Shown here: positions 1 through 8,609 of the stretch, piece after piece | How positions within the stretch are numbered: position 1 is the stretch's first letter | Layout: each line of letters starts with the position of its first letter | Source of the DNA: a virus | Lineage: Duplodnaviria; Caudoviricetes | Length of the DNA stretch: 29,174 nucleotides | IMG/VR virus record: IMGVR_UViG_3300033067_000671 | Span: 1 to 29,174 of that record | Direction: 5' to 3' (one strand) | Position numbers and translations under genes: made by a program | The notes under the pieces: generated by a model | What the model was told of the DNA's origin: nothing | Seen by the model: only the letters and a program-made list of their open reading frames with translations | The model's database searches: none

Positions 1-97
1 GCGGGTCTCTGGCAATGCGCGGGTCTATGGCGATGCGTGGGTCTATGGCGATGCGTGGGTCTCTGGCGATGCGTGGGTCTATGGCGATGCGCGGGTA
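1..97 (+). repeat. 18-bp coding tandem repeat GGC(G/A)ATGCG(T/C)GGGTCT(A/C)T, about 5 copies
   Basis: Directly visible; encodes G(D/N)A(W/R)V(Y/S) units. Confidence 0.95.
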
Positions 98-337
98 TCA
101 TCCTTAGAGGCTATCTGTATGTTCTCTGGTTTTGGCTCGACCTATCGAACAACCACGGCGTACATCGATAAAAGCGGTAGAATCAAAGTCTCTTGCGGAT
201 GCTTTTTTGGCACTCTCGACGAATTTCGGGATAAAGTGGTTGAAACTCATGGGGATAGTAGCCGTCATGGAAAGCTGTATTTAGGCATGGCAAACATGAT
301 CGAGTATCGACTGTCCGAGGATGTAGATGCTAAATGA
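2..337 (+). CDS. Hexapeptide-repeat (left-handed beta-helix-like) phage protein, 5'-truncated by window edge
   Basis: Frame is open from base 2: RVSGNA RVYGDA WVYGDA WVSGDA WVYGDA RVSS... into the listed ORF 119..337, whose C-terminus (GS..RTTT...V.CGCF.GTLDEF..KV.ETHG) is typical of these phage proteins. Confidence 0.85.
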   Translation, partial: RVSGNARVYGDAWVYGDAWVSGDAWVYGDARVSSLEAICMFSGFGSTYRTTTAYIDKSGRIKVSCGCFFGTLDEFRDKVVETHGDSSRHGKLYLGMANMIEYRLSEDVDAK

Positions 338-738
338 CATCGGCACTACATAAGACGTTTGTACTGAGAGACAAAGGGTGCGCCCAAGTGTTATGGGCGT
401 TCCTGCGGGCCAATTGGCAGGCTATGGCCGCAGCAGGCAAGCCCCTTGCCGTGACGGTCTCAGAGTACAAGACAAGACGGAGCATTGAGCAAAATAAACG
501 CTATTGGGATTTGCTTGGAGAGATCGCCACAGGCGCATGGTTAGACGGTCGGCAGTTTGGCCGTGAGGCATGGCATGAGTATTTCAAGGGTTTGTTTATT
601 GGCTTTGAGGATGTACCGGGGGGCAGGCAGGTTGCCATGTCGACCACACGCCTCTCGGTCTCAGAGTTTGCAGACTACATGACAAGAGTCGAAGCTTTCG
701 CAGCGCAGGAGCTAGGAGTGACGTATGACATTAAGTGA
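334..738 (+). CDS. ninB: NinB-family recombination protein
   Basis: RRSIEQNKRYW, WHEYFK, STTRLSVSEFADYMTRVEAFAA motifs; ATGA-coupled to upstream gene. Confidence 0.85.
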   Translation: MTSALHKTFVLRDKGCAQVLWAFLRANWQAMAAAGKPLAVTVSEYKTRRSIEQNKRYWDLLGEIATGAWLDGRQFGREAWHEYFKGLFIGFEDVPGGRQVAMSTTRLSVSEFADYMTRVEAFAAQELGVTYDIK

Positions 739-1009
739 CTTTTTACGCAAGTACAACAAGTGGCGGCGAGGCGACGAACGTATTAAGCAGCCAAACCCAA
801 CACAGCTAGGCAAGATGATTGATGCGGCAGCAAACCGGCTTGATGTGCTTGAGGACGTGGCCAGCAAGGCGCAAGACGTGATTAAAGCGTTTGAGCTGCT
901 TGGCAAGGCCAGAGGCATCACAGAGGATCGCCAAGCCCGCCTAGAGTGCGAGGGTACGATGCTGGCGTTAAAAGAGGCGCTTAAAAAGATCGAGCGGAGC
1001 GAAAAATGA
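725..1009 (+). CDS. Hypothetical phage protein
   Basis: GGAG RBS upstream; YNKWRRG..QPNP..LG..ID motif seen in small phage proteins. Confidence 0.7.
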   Translation: MTLSDFLRKYNKWRRGDERIKQPNPTQLGKMIDAAANRLDVLEDVASKAQDVIKAFELLGKARGITEDRQARLECEGTMLALKEALKKIERSEK

Positions 1010-1206
1010 GCCAGCCTACACACAAGATCACGTTTGCCATTGTCGGCAAATACCCGCACGGAGCCACACAAGAGGCGACCGTATCAATCAGCGGTAACGG
1101 CGACCTAGACCACATGGTCGAAGCGTTTAAAACTGCCCTAGTTGCTTGTGGCTATGCCCTAGAATCATTTATGGATGCCGTTTTAGCGGCAATTGAAGAG
1201 GATTAA
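1006..1206 (+). CDS. Hypothetical phage protein
   Basis: ATGA overlap with upstream ORF, GGAG RBS. Confidence 0.65.
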   Translation: MSQPTHKITFAIVGKYPHGATQEATVSISGNGDLDHMVEAFKTALVACGYALESFMDAVLAAIEED

Positions 1207-1211
1207 ACAAA

Positions 1212-1433
1212 ATGCAATACACCCACCGGATTACACAGATCACAGTTTGCCCTGAAGGTAAAAAGACTTTCGACGAACTATCTACCGTCGTAGAGATTGG
1301 CGATAACGGGTCAGGCGAGTTTGTACAGGTCAATCAAAATGACGGAGAGGCAAGCAGGATAAGGATTGATAAGTCCGAGTGGCCAGCTTTGCGTGACGCC
1401 ATCGACAGAATGATTGCGGAGTGCCGAGAGTGA
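1212..1433 (+). CDS. Hypothetical phage protein
   Basis: GAGG RBS, tight packing in operon. Confidence 0.7.
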   Translation: MQYTHRITQITVCPEGKKTFDELSTVVEIGDNGSGEFVQVNQNDGEASRIRIDKSEWPALRDAIDRMIAECRE

Positions 1434-1627
1434 GCGATACAATTTTAGACTTTGTAAAAAAACTAAAAACTCGCCTTGCTGAAAAAAAGAGTAATTATGT
1501 TGTGCATCATTCGATGCTTGGCGATACGGAAACCGGGTTTTATTCGGAAGACGATTTCAGCTTTGAAAAGTTGATTAAAGAAATTGACGAATTTTCAACA
1601 GAGTTTCAAGGCAAGCGGCCAAAATGA
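1421..1627 (+). CDS. Hypothetical phage protein (start may be GTG at 1430)
   Basis: Operon packing, overlaps both neighbours. Confidence 0.6.
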   Translation: MPRVSDTILDFVKKLKTRLAEKKSNYVVHHSMLGDTETGFYSEDDFSFEKLIKEIDEFSTEFQGKRPK

Positions 1628-1815
1628 ATAATAAAAAGCAAAGCACACAGCGCGATGCACAGCTAAACGCTCTTCGCCAGCGAGAGCTAAAGGCAAGGCG
1701 GGCAAGCCAAGGGCTTTACAAGGTCAATGGCTTGTTTGCCCCAAAAGAGCATCACAAAGCCATTAAAGAGTTTGCGGCCAGCCTGCAAAACTCTACAAGC
1801 CGGAGTAGAGCATGA
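1624..1815 (+). CDS. Small basic protein, possible DNA-binding regulator
   Basis: ATGA coupling; basic helix RQRELKARRASQGL followed by a beta-strand/helix pattern. Confidence 0.55.
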   Translation: MNNKKQSTQRDAQLNALRQRELKARRASQGLYKVNGLFAPKEHHKAIKEFAASLQNSTSRSRA

Positions 1816-1878
1816 GCTGGGCAGAAACTGTTGGGTTCTGTACGGCTGCGATAGACATCGGCGGGAAAAAGAAAATTA

Positions 1879-1930
1879 TTGACAAACCAAAGAATATGTA
1901 ATAAAAACACTCTGAGGGCGTCGCTCGCCC
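1879..1930 (+). promoter_or_regulatory. Putative late (pR'-like) promoter with downstream GGGCG-N5-CGCCC hairpin
   Basis: Perfect TTGACA at 1879-1884 after an A-rich tract; weak -10 (TAAAAA at 17-bp spacing); located upstream of the terminase operon. Confidence 0.5.
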
Positions 1931-1973
1931 ATAGAAAACAGAATCCTACTAATCTTTAGGTAGATTAGTACAT

Positions 1974-2010
1974 AACCCGCCCTGAGAAATCACGGCGGGT
2001 TTTTATTTTT
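1974..2010 (+). terminator. Rho-independent terminator (tR'-like)
   Basis: AACCCGCC-N12-GGCGGGTT followed by TTTATTTTT. Confidence 0.85.
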
Positions 2011-2050
2011 GCGCAAACGGAGCGCGATTTGTCCGTGAGGAGTAAATGCC

Positions 2051-2308
2051 GTGAATGCAAGGCAAGCAGTAAGAGATGCAGAGCCAAGCCCGCACTTTGC
2101 AAAGCCGCCATATAAGGCTGAGCTGCTAGGTGGCCCCTATGAGTGGGCTGGCGTCGTGAATGCTAATGGCGTCAATGTGCTTAATTTTCGAAGCAAGCCC
2201 GGAGCGGTTGTGTCAAGTATCAAGACATGCACGCTAATTGCTCGGCGCTGGAATCGTGCAGCATCTCAAAGCCAGCCAAGCACGGCATCTATTGTAGATA
2301 GGGGCTGA
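2051..2308 (+). CDS. Hypothetical protein
   Basis: GAGGAG upstream; ends 2 nt before terS. Confidence 0.55.
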   Translation: MNARQAVRDAEPSPHFAKPPYKAELLGGPYEWAGVVNANGVNVLNFRSKPGAVVSSIKTCTLIARRWNRAASQSQPSTASIVDRG

Positions 2309-2310
2309 CT

Positions 2311-2616
2311 ATGGCTAAAGGCATAAAGACGGGTGGGCGCTCATCAGGCACCCCTAACAAGGTCAATGCCGAGTTTCGGCAAACGGTGACTGCGCTGCTA
2401 GAGAACAACGCGGCAAACGTCAATGTGTGGCTACAGCAAGTGGCAAACGGTCACGGCGACACAAAGCCTGATCCGGCCAAAGCATTAGGCTTGCTTGCTC
2501 AGCTGGCTGAGTTCGCGGCACCGAAGCTAAGCAGGACTGAGGTGCGCGGGGCTAACGAGGACGGATCGCACACTCTAAGGCATAAGATTGAGATTGTCCC
2601 CGTTAAGCCAAAATGA
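2311..2616 (+). CDS. terS: Terminase small subunit (putative)
   Basis: KTGGRxxGTPNK N-terminus, PKLSRTEV.G C-terminus, coupled to terL. Confidence 0.75.
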   Translation: MAKGIKTGGRSSGTPNKVNAEFRQTVTALLENNAANVNVWLQQVANGHGDTKPDPAKALGLLAQLAEFAAPKLSRTEVRGANEDGSHTLRHKIEIVPVKPK

Positions 2617-3854
2617 TAAGCGGGGAGATTGAGCTACCGCAGAAGATCGCGGAGATATTCGAGGCCCCTAGAGGGTCTTATGATTATCGTTATGCTTATG
2701 GTGGGCGCGCATCTGGCAAGTCTGCATCCTTTGCGACGATGGCGGCTGTATGGGGATACGCAGAAAGCTTGCGTATCCTATGTTGTCGAGAGTTGCAAGT
2801 ATCAATTCGTGAAAGCTTTTATGCCGAGGTTAAGCGGGCAATTGAACGCTATGACTGGCTGGCTGCTGCATACGATATTGGCGAGAACTACATAAGGTGC
2901 CGGCATAACGATACGGAGTTCATCTTCCGTGGTATGCGCCACAACACAAACGCGATTAAGTCGATGTCTAACATTGGTCTTGCGATTGTCGAAGAGGCGG
3001 AAGACGTCCCCGATTCGAGTTGGGAAGATTTAACCGGCACTATCCGGGAACCGGACGCAGAAATTTGGGTGATTTGGAACCCTAAAACAGAGGGCAGCCC
3101 GGTAGATAATCGGTTTAGAAAGTCTCCCCCGCCTAGATCAATTGGTGTCGAAGTTAATTATGACGACAATCCATGGTTTTCTGAGCGGTCGCGCCGTGAA
3201 ATGGAGTATGACCGGTCGAGAGACTTAGATAAGTACGCATGGAAGTGGATGGGGAAATACCTGCAAAGGTCAGAGGCGAGGGTATTCAGGAATTGGCGCA
3301 TTGAAGAGATTGAGCCGCCGCCGGGAACGGTATTCCGGCTAGGCGCAGACTGGGGATTCAGTGTTGATCCCTCAGTTCTAGTGCGATGCTGGGTAGAGGG
3401 TAATAACCTCTACGTAGATTATGAGGCGTACATGGTGGGCTGCGAGATCGTAAATCTCCCAGCCCTTTTTTTATCCGTGCCAGACGCCGAAAAGTGGCCG
3501 ATTGTTGCTGACTCCGCGAGGCCGGAGACGATCAGCCACATGCAGCGAAACGGATTCCCAAAGATTTTCCCGGCTATCAAAGGGGCTAAATCGCTGGAAG
3601 AGGGTGTCGAGTTTCTGAAGTCATTCGATATTGTCGTACATCCACGCTGCAAGCATTTAATCGACGAGCTGACCTTGTACAGCTACAAGATTGACAAGGA
3701 TACGGACAAAGTTTTACCAATCCTGCAAGACAAAGACAACCACATCATTGATGCGCTGAGATACGCATGCGAGGGCTTGCGTCGTGCATCAAAACCAAGA
3801 GTTGCTAAACGATCAATTCAACGGCCAGTTGGCCCTAATAAATGGATGGCTTAA
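2613..3854 (+). CDS. terL: Terminase large subunit, PBSX family
   Basis: Walker A YGGRASGKS, Walker B IVEEAE, WNP, GADWGF..DP, HIIDALRY nuclease motif. Confidence 0.96.
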   Translation: MISGEIELPQKIAEIFEAPRGSYDYRYAYGGRASGKSASFATMAAVWGYAESLRILCCRELQVSIRESFYAEVKRAIERYDWLAAAYDIGENYIRCRHNDTEFIFRGMRHNTNAIKSMSNIGLAIVEEAEDVPDSSWEDLTGTIREPDAEIWVIWNPKTEGSPVDNRFRKSPPPRSIGVEVNYDDNPWFSERSRREMEYDRSRDLDKYAWKWMGKYLQRSEARVFRNWRIEEIEPPPGTVFRLGADWGFSVDPSVLVRCWVEGNNLYVDYEAYMVGCEIVNLPALFLSVPDAEKWPIVADSARPETISHMQRNGFPKIFPAIKGAKSLEEGVEFLKSFDIVVHPRCKHLIDELTLYSYKIDKDTDKVLPILQDKDNHIIDALRYACEGLRRASKPRVAKRSIQRPVGPNKWMA

Positions 3855-6010
3855 TGGACAAGAAAAACGATGACATTCTGACGGAGGCAAAAGAACGCTT
3901 CCAGAAGTGTCAAGACTTCTGGTCGCCCATTTATAACGACTGCCTAGAGGATTTACGTTTCAGCCTTGGCAATCAGTGGGACGACGAAACAAGACGAGGC
4001 AGAGAAAACGATCCGGATGGGGCTAGGCCATGTCTGACAGTCGATAAATTGGAACAATACGTTCGTCAGGTAACAAATGACGCACGACAAAACAAGCCGG
4101 CACCAAAAGCACGACCGATACATGATAGTGACGAAGACGTGGCCGAGTTGGTGTCTGGCTTGTTCCGGCATATTGCCAATAATTCACGCGCAGATATTGC
4201 TTACGATACAGCCACAGAGTTTGCCGTCCGTTCTGGCTTTGGCTGGATTCGCGTCTGTACCGATTACGCAGACCAAGAGAGTTTTGAGCAAGAAATTCTT
4301 GTCAAGGCAGTTCGCAATCCGTTTAGCGTTTATATCGACCCTGATTTTCAGTCGATCAACGGGTCGGATTCTGAATATGCTTTTGTGTTTGACAATCTCC
4401 CCAGAAAGACCTTCGAGCGCCAATACCCTGACGCCGAGACCGTATCGTTTGAAGACCCTGATCTAGTTGCTCAGGGATGGTCGTCTGAAGAGCATGTTCG
4501 GGTCGCCGAATACTGGTCTGTTGAGTATGACGTAACCACGATTGACCCGCCAGAAGGATCAAATGCGCAGCCCCGCAAGGTTTACAAGAAGCGGGTGATG
4601 TGGCGCAAGATCACAGCATCAGAAGTGCTCGATGAGCGCGAGTGGCCTTGTCAATACATTGGCGTCATCCCTGTTTGGGGGCGCGTGATTGATGAGGCTG
4701 GCGTGTTGCGCGTACGGTCTTTGATCCACCCAGCCATTGATGCGCAGCGCATGTACAACTACGCCGCATCGAGTGCTGTTGAGCGTGTATCGCTTGCCCC
4801 TAAGGCCAAGTATCTGGCATCTGCCGAGGCTATTGAAGGCCATGAGGACAAGTGGGGACGCGCTCACATCAGCAATGACCCGGTGCTGACTTGGAATCAC
4901 ACGATTGATGGCCAGCCCATCCCGGCTCCGCAGTACATGGGCGGGGCGGAAGTGCCTAGCGGGTGGGTCAATCTCATGCAGGCGCACGAGCATGACATCC
5001 AAGCTGCTCTGGGTATGTACAACGCATCGCTAGGCGCTCCCAGTAACGAAAAGTCGGGCAAGGCAATCCTTGCTAGACAGCGTGAGGCCGACACATCCAC
5101 GTTTGATTTTATCGACAACCTCTCCCGTGCCATTGAGCAAACGTGGCGTGTTGTGCTCGGGCTGCTTCCGGCTATCTACGATACGCCGCGAGTCTTGCGC
5201 ATTGTTGGCGAGGACGGATCAGGAGAGACCGCAACACTTGACCCGCGCCTAGAAAAGCCTGTGATTGAGCAGCCAGACCCTATAACAGGGGCAATGCAGA
5301 AGCTGTTTAACCCGTTTATCGGCAAGTATGACGTCGAGGTGACGGTCGGCCCTGCTTACGCAACCAAGCGCCAAGAGACGGCGGAGTGGCTGACGCAAGT
5401 CACCCAAGGCAATCCGCAGATGTTGCAGCTTGTTGGCGACTTGATGTTTAAAGCATTAGACATGCCGATGGCCGATGAGGTAGCCAAGCGATTTAAAGCC
5501 ATGCTCCCGCCGCAGATTCAGCAGGCCGAATCAAAAGATGCTGGAGAGCAAATCCCGCCCGCAGTGCAAATGCAAATGCAGCAGATGCAACAAGGCTTGC
5601 AGCAGTCAATGCAGATCATCCAAAAACTACAGGCAGACCTACAGCAAGCCAAGGGCGAAGAGGACGTGACCCGCGCTGACTACATGCTCAAGGCTCAAAG
5701 CGCCAAGCTCGAACAGATGCAAGTGCAGATTAAGCAGGCCGAGCTAGAGCTGAAAGCAAAAGAAATCGCCGTGAAAGAGTACGAAGCCGAGACAGAGCGC
5801 CTGCAATTGATCTCACCCGCTGATGATAAAGGCGCGCAAGAAGAGATCGAAGCGCAAAAGGACGCGATGCAATTGCAAGTGCTTGCGCAAATCGCTGACA
5901 CCCTATCGAAAACATCGGCGGCGCTGTCTTTCCTGATGACAAAGCCGCATGAGGCTGACGATATGGAGTCTTACCCGCCAGAAGCCGGTGAGATGAGAGA
6001 TGGCGACTAG
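3854..6010 (+). CDS. P22-like portal protein
   Basis: Follows terL (TAATG overlap); GNQWD..R...RPCLT, SNEKSGKAILARQ, GKYDV.V.VGP, Gln-rich C-terminal coiled coil. Confidence 0.92.
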   Translation: MDKKNDDILTEAKERFQKCQDFWSPIYNDCLEDLRFSLGNQWDDETRRGRENDPDGARPCLTVDKLEQYVRQVTNDARQNKPAPKARPIHDSDEDVAELVSGLFRHIANNSRADIAYDTATEFAVRSGFGWIRVCTDYADQESFEQEILVKAVRNPFSVYIDPDFQSINGSDSEYAFVFDNLPRKTFERQYPDAETVSFEDPDLVAQGWSSEEHVRVAEYWSVEYDVTTIDPPEGSNAQPRKVYKKRVMWRKITASEVLDEREWPCQYIGVIPVWGRVIDEAGVLRVRSLIHPAIDAQRMYNYAASSAVERVSLAPKAKYLASAEAIEGHEDKWGRAHISNDPVLTWNHTIDGQPIPAPQYMGGAEVPSGWVNLMQAHEHDIQAALGMYNASLGAPSNEKSGKAILARQREADTSTFDFIDNLSRAIEQTWRVVLGLLPAIYDTPRVLRIVGEDGSGETATLDPRLEKPVIEQPDPITGAMQKLFNPFIGKYDVEVTVGPAYATKRQETAEWLTQVTQGNPQMLQLVGDLMFKALDMPMADEVAKRFKAMLPPQIQQAESKDAGEQIPPAVQMQMQQMQQGLQQSMQIIQKLQADLQQAKGEEDVTRADYMLKAQSAKLEQMQVQIKQAELELKAKEIAVKEYEAETERLQLISPADDKGAQEEIEAQKDAMQLQVLAQIADTLSKTSAALSFLMTKPHEADDMESYPPEAGEMRDGD

Positions 6011-6299
6011 AGAGGATGACGATAGGCAGATTGTGATTGATCGGAAGGTATCAATCACATGGCTTGCCGGTATTGTTCTTGTTGGCATGGGGTGGGGTGT
6101 TTCTCAATACTACGGTTATCAAGAATTTGCCAGAACCACGTCTGCCGCAATGGCTGAAAACACTTTAGCTCTTAAAGAGATTATCCGCGAAATGAGAGAA
6201 AAAGATTTAAGAGATCAGATTCGAGACGTAAAGCTAGCCGAGCACGATATTCGTATCTCAGATCATCAGCGGGCAATCGAGAAAATTATTAGCCGTTAA
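6000..6299 (+). CDS. Small single-TM membrane protein with coiled coil
   Basis: Hydrophobic segment VSITWLAGIVLVGMGWGV. Confidence 0.6.
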   Translation: MATREDDDRQIVIDRKVSITWLAGIVLVGMGWGVSQYYGYQEFARTTSAAMAENTLALKEIIREMREKDLRDQIRDVKLAEHDIRISDHQRAIEKIISR

Positions 6300-6312
6300 A
6301 AAGGGGTTTTAA

Positions 6313-6597
6313 ATGTCTTCAGGATTAAATGGAGCAATCGCAAAAACGCTAGAGAATACAACGCCGGTCGTTTTTTCTCTCTTTGATAATTCCTGCACCG
6401 CGCCGATCACTGCGACGCTGAAATCTAGCTACGCAAGCCGCTTGGTTGAGTTCTCAACAGATGGCGGTGTCGAATACTTTACGCCTTCATACGATTACAC
6501 GAGCGCGACGATGATTGTTGTTAGCTCGGTTGTGCCAATTACTCACATTCGCTTTACCGGCCAAGCCAATGACTACTATCTTGTAAAGGGGGCTTGA
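6313..6597 (+). CDS. Hypothetical beta-rich protein
   Basis: AAGGGG RBS, operon packing. Confidence 0.65.
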   Translation: MSSGLNGAIAKTLENTTPVVFSLFDNSCTAPITATLKSSYASRLVEFSTDGGVEYFTPSYDYTSATMIVVSSVVPITHIRFTGQANDYYLVKGA

Positions 6598-6598
6598 T

Positions 6599-7741
6599 AT
6601 GTTCCCGAGAAAAGAAAAGCTAGTCCGCTCACTTGTCGGCGCTGAGAAGATTTGGTCTCCTTCACCGTACCCTGCCGGAACGACCAACGTAACAATCGTC
6701 AATCAGATCCCAGTCCCAACAAGTGGCGTGACGGGCTTCAAGCTGATCTACGAAAACCCCACGACGACCGCTAGTACTCTCACTACAAGCAAATGGGCAA
6801 CTACAACGTCTGACGCCGATAACGGCTCTAGCCTGACTTGGACTTCCACGACGTTTTCTGGCGCAACGTCTATTGCATTGCCGGTGACTGTTGGTACTGC
6901 CCCGAATAATGTCAATAGTCCGATTGTTAGCGATCATATTTCAAAATACATTGCTAGCGGCTATCTGCAAGTGCGCAGCTACTTTTCAGGCTCTGGATGT
7001 GCTTTAAACCCGGCGGCGGGTGAATTGGCGGCTTTTGCATCTGCGACTTCTCGCACGTTTAAAACAGGCTTTGCGGCTGGTGCCGTGACGGATGTAACGG
7101 GCATGACGCTGACAAGCGGCCAGTTGATTGTCCCGTCTGGTGTGCTATGGACGTTTGGCCGATCTGCCGTGACACTGGCATGTTCCGGCGGCTCTACGCT
7201 TCGCGGCCAAGGCACAACGGCAAACGCCATGGGCATGGTTTATCGCGCAGCGGCATTGCTGACCAATAGCACCGTTGCGGTGACACCGTACGTGCAGGCA
7301 GTGAGTGGGCAAGGCTCTCAGACGAGTATGGATCAGATCGTAAAACTTGTCGACGCAGTCCGTCCGAATTACCTAGTACTGCTTCCCGGGTCGGGGAATG
7401 ATAGCGACTTGACCTCTGCCGGATTTGAGCAAATGAAGGGGCGGTTTGCGCAGTCTCTTGATTACTGCCGCAGAAATGGCGTGACACCGATTGCCGGAAC
7501 GCTGATGCCCAGCTCTTCGCTGACTGCTCCACAAGAGGCTTTGCGAGTCGCTCAGAACTCTTGGCTTCGGTCGCTTGGCGGTGTGCTGGTAGCTGATATT
7601 GCCGCCGTTGTCGAGAACCCGGCAAACCAAGCCCAAATTCTCCCCGCTTATGACTCCGGGGACGGTACTCACCTGAACGACGCTGGCGCTGCCGCGACTG
7701 CTGCGGCTATTGCTGGCGCGGTGTCTCAATCGCTTTACTGA
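6599..7741 (+). CDS. SGNH/GDSL hydrolase-domain protein with Thr/Ser-rich N-terminal domain
   Basis: Block I-like ACSGGST, block II AVSG, block III GSGND, block V DGTHLN. Confidence 0.75.
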   Translation: MFPRKEKLVRSLVGAEKIWSPSPYPAGTTNVTIVNQIPVPTSGVTGFKLIYENPTTTASTLTTSKWATTTSDADNGSSLTWTSTTFSGATSIALPVTVGTAPNNVNSPIVSDHISKYIASGYLQVRSYFSGSGCALNPAAGELAAFASATSRTFKTGFAAGAVTDVTGMTLTSGQLIVPSGVLWTFGRSAVTLACSGGSTLRGQGTTANAMGMVYRAAALLTNSTVAVTPYVQAVSGQGSQTSMDQIVKLVDAVRPNYLVLLPGSGNDSDLTSAGFEQMKGRFAQSLDYCRRNGVTPIAGTLMPSSSLTAPQEALRVAQNSWLRSLGGVLVADIAAVVENPANQAQILPAYDSGDGTHLNDAGAAATAAAIAGAVSQSLY

Positions 7742-7803
7742 GTTGTATCTAGCAACACCCTAACGGGCGGGTCTGCCCGGTTACTCTAATGAGAGATAAA
7801 TCA

Positions 7804-8589
7804 ATGGAAAACATCCCAGAAGTCGAGGGAGGCAAAGTCGCGCCGGTAGAAAACGTGACGAGCCAACCGACTGAGCCTAATACGCCTGAAACACAAGAGG
7901 CGGAACAGAAAGAAGTGAAGCAAGAGGAGAGAGAGGACGCGCCGCTACCCAAGGGGGTGCAGCGAAGAATCGACCGACTCACTAAACAGAAGTATGAATT
8001 GCAAGGGCGGCTTGAGGCACTAGAGCGGCAAATGCAACCACCGGCGCAGTCACAGCCGCAAAACGTGACGAGCAAGCCTCAGCGCTACGAATATGCCTCA
8101 GACGAGGATTTTGTCGAAGCGATGACGGATTACAAGCTGCAACAAGTGCAGCGGCAACACATGACACAGCAGCAGCTAGCCCAACAAGAGCGAGCGCGAT
8201 CACAAATGCAACAAGAGTTTTCGCGCAAGGCAATTGAAGCGGCGAAGGCTTACCCGGACTTTATCGAAGCGATTGAAGAAGCAGATGCGCAAGTTGCGCC
8301 GCATGTCGAGGCTGCCATTTATGCCAGCGACAAGAGCGCAGACATTGCCTATTTCTTTGCAAAAAACCCTGACGAATTGGAGCGCATCAACGCTCTTCAT
8401 CCAGTCAAGGCCGCAATGGAAATTGCCCGAATCGAAGCGAAGGTAACGCGCCCTACGAAACAAACAAGCAGCGCCCCACCGCCGATTAACCCGGTCGGCT
8501 CTAGGGCTGCTGTGAATAAAGACCCTTCCCAAATGACTGACCGCGAGTTCTCCGAATGGCGCAAGCGTCAGATCAAAGCACGTTCTTAA
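7804..8589 (+). CDS. Capsid scaffolding protein
   Basis: Directly upstream of coat gene; GVQRRIDRLT, IAYFFAKNP, SSAPPPINPV, MTD.EFSEWRKRQ. Confidence 0.85.
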   Translation: MENIPEVEGGKVAPVENVTSQPTEPNTPETQEAEQKEVKQEEREDAPLPKGVQRRIDRLTKQKYELQGRLEALERQMQPPAQSQPQNVTSKPQRYEYASDEDFVEAMTDYKLQQVQRQHMTQQQLAQQERARSQMQQEFSRKAIEAAKAYPDFIEAIEEADAQVAPHVEAAIYASDKSADIAYFFAKNPDELERINALHPVKAAMEIARIEAKVTRPTKQTSSAPPPINPVGSRAAVNKDPSQMTDREFSEWRKRQIKARS

Positions 8590-8609
8590 CTTTCAAAAGG
8601 AAATAAATC

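Noticed and set aside
7758-7784. CCCTAAC...GTTAC as an attC site
   Set aside because: Only about 27 bp, no L boxes
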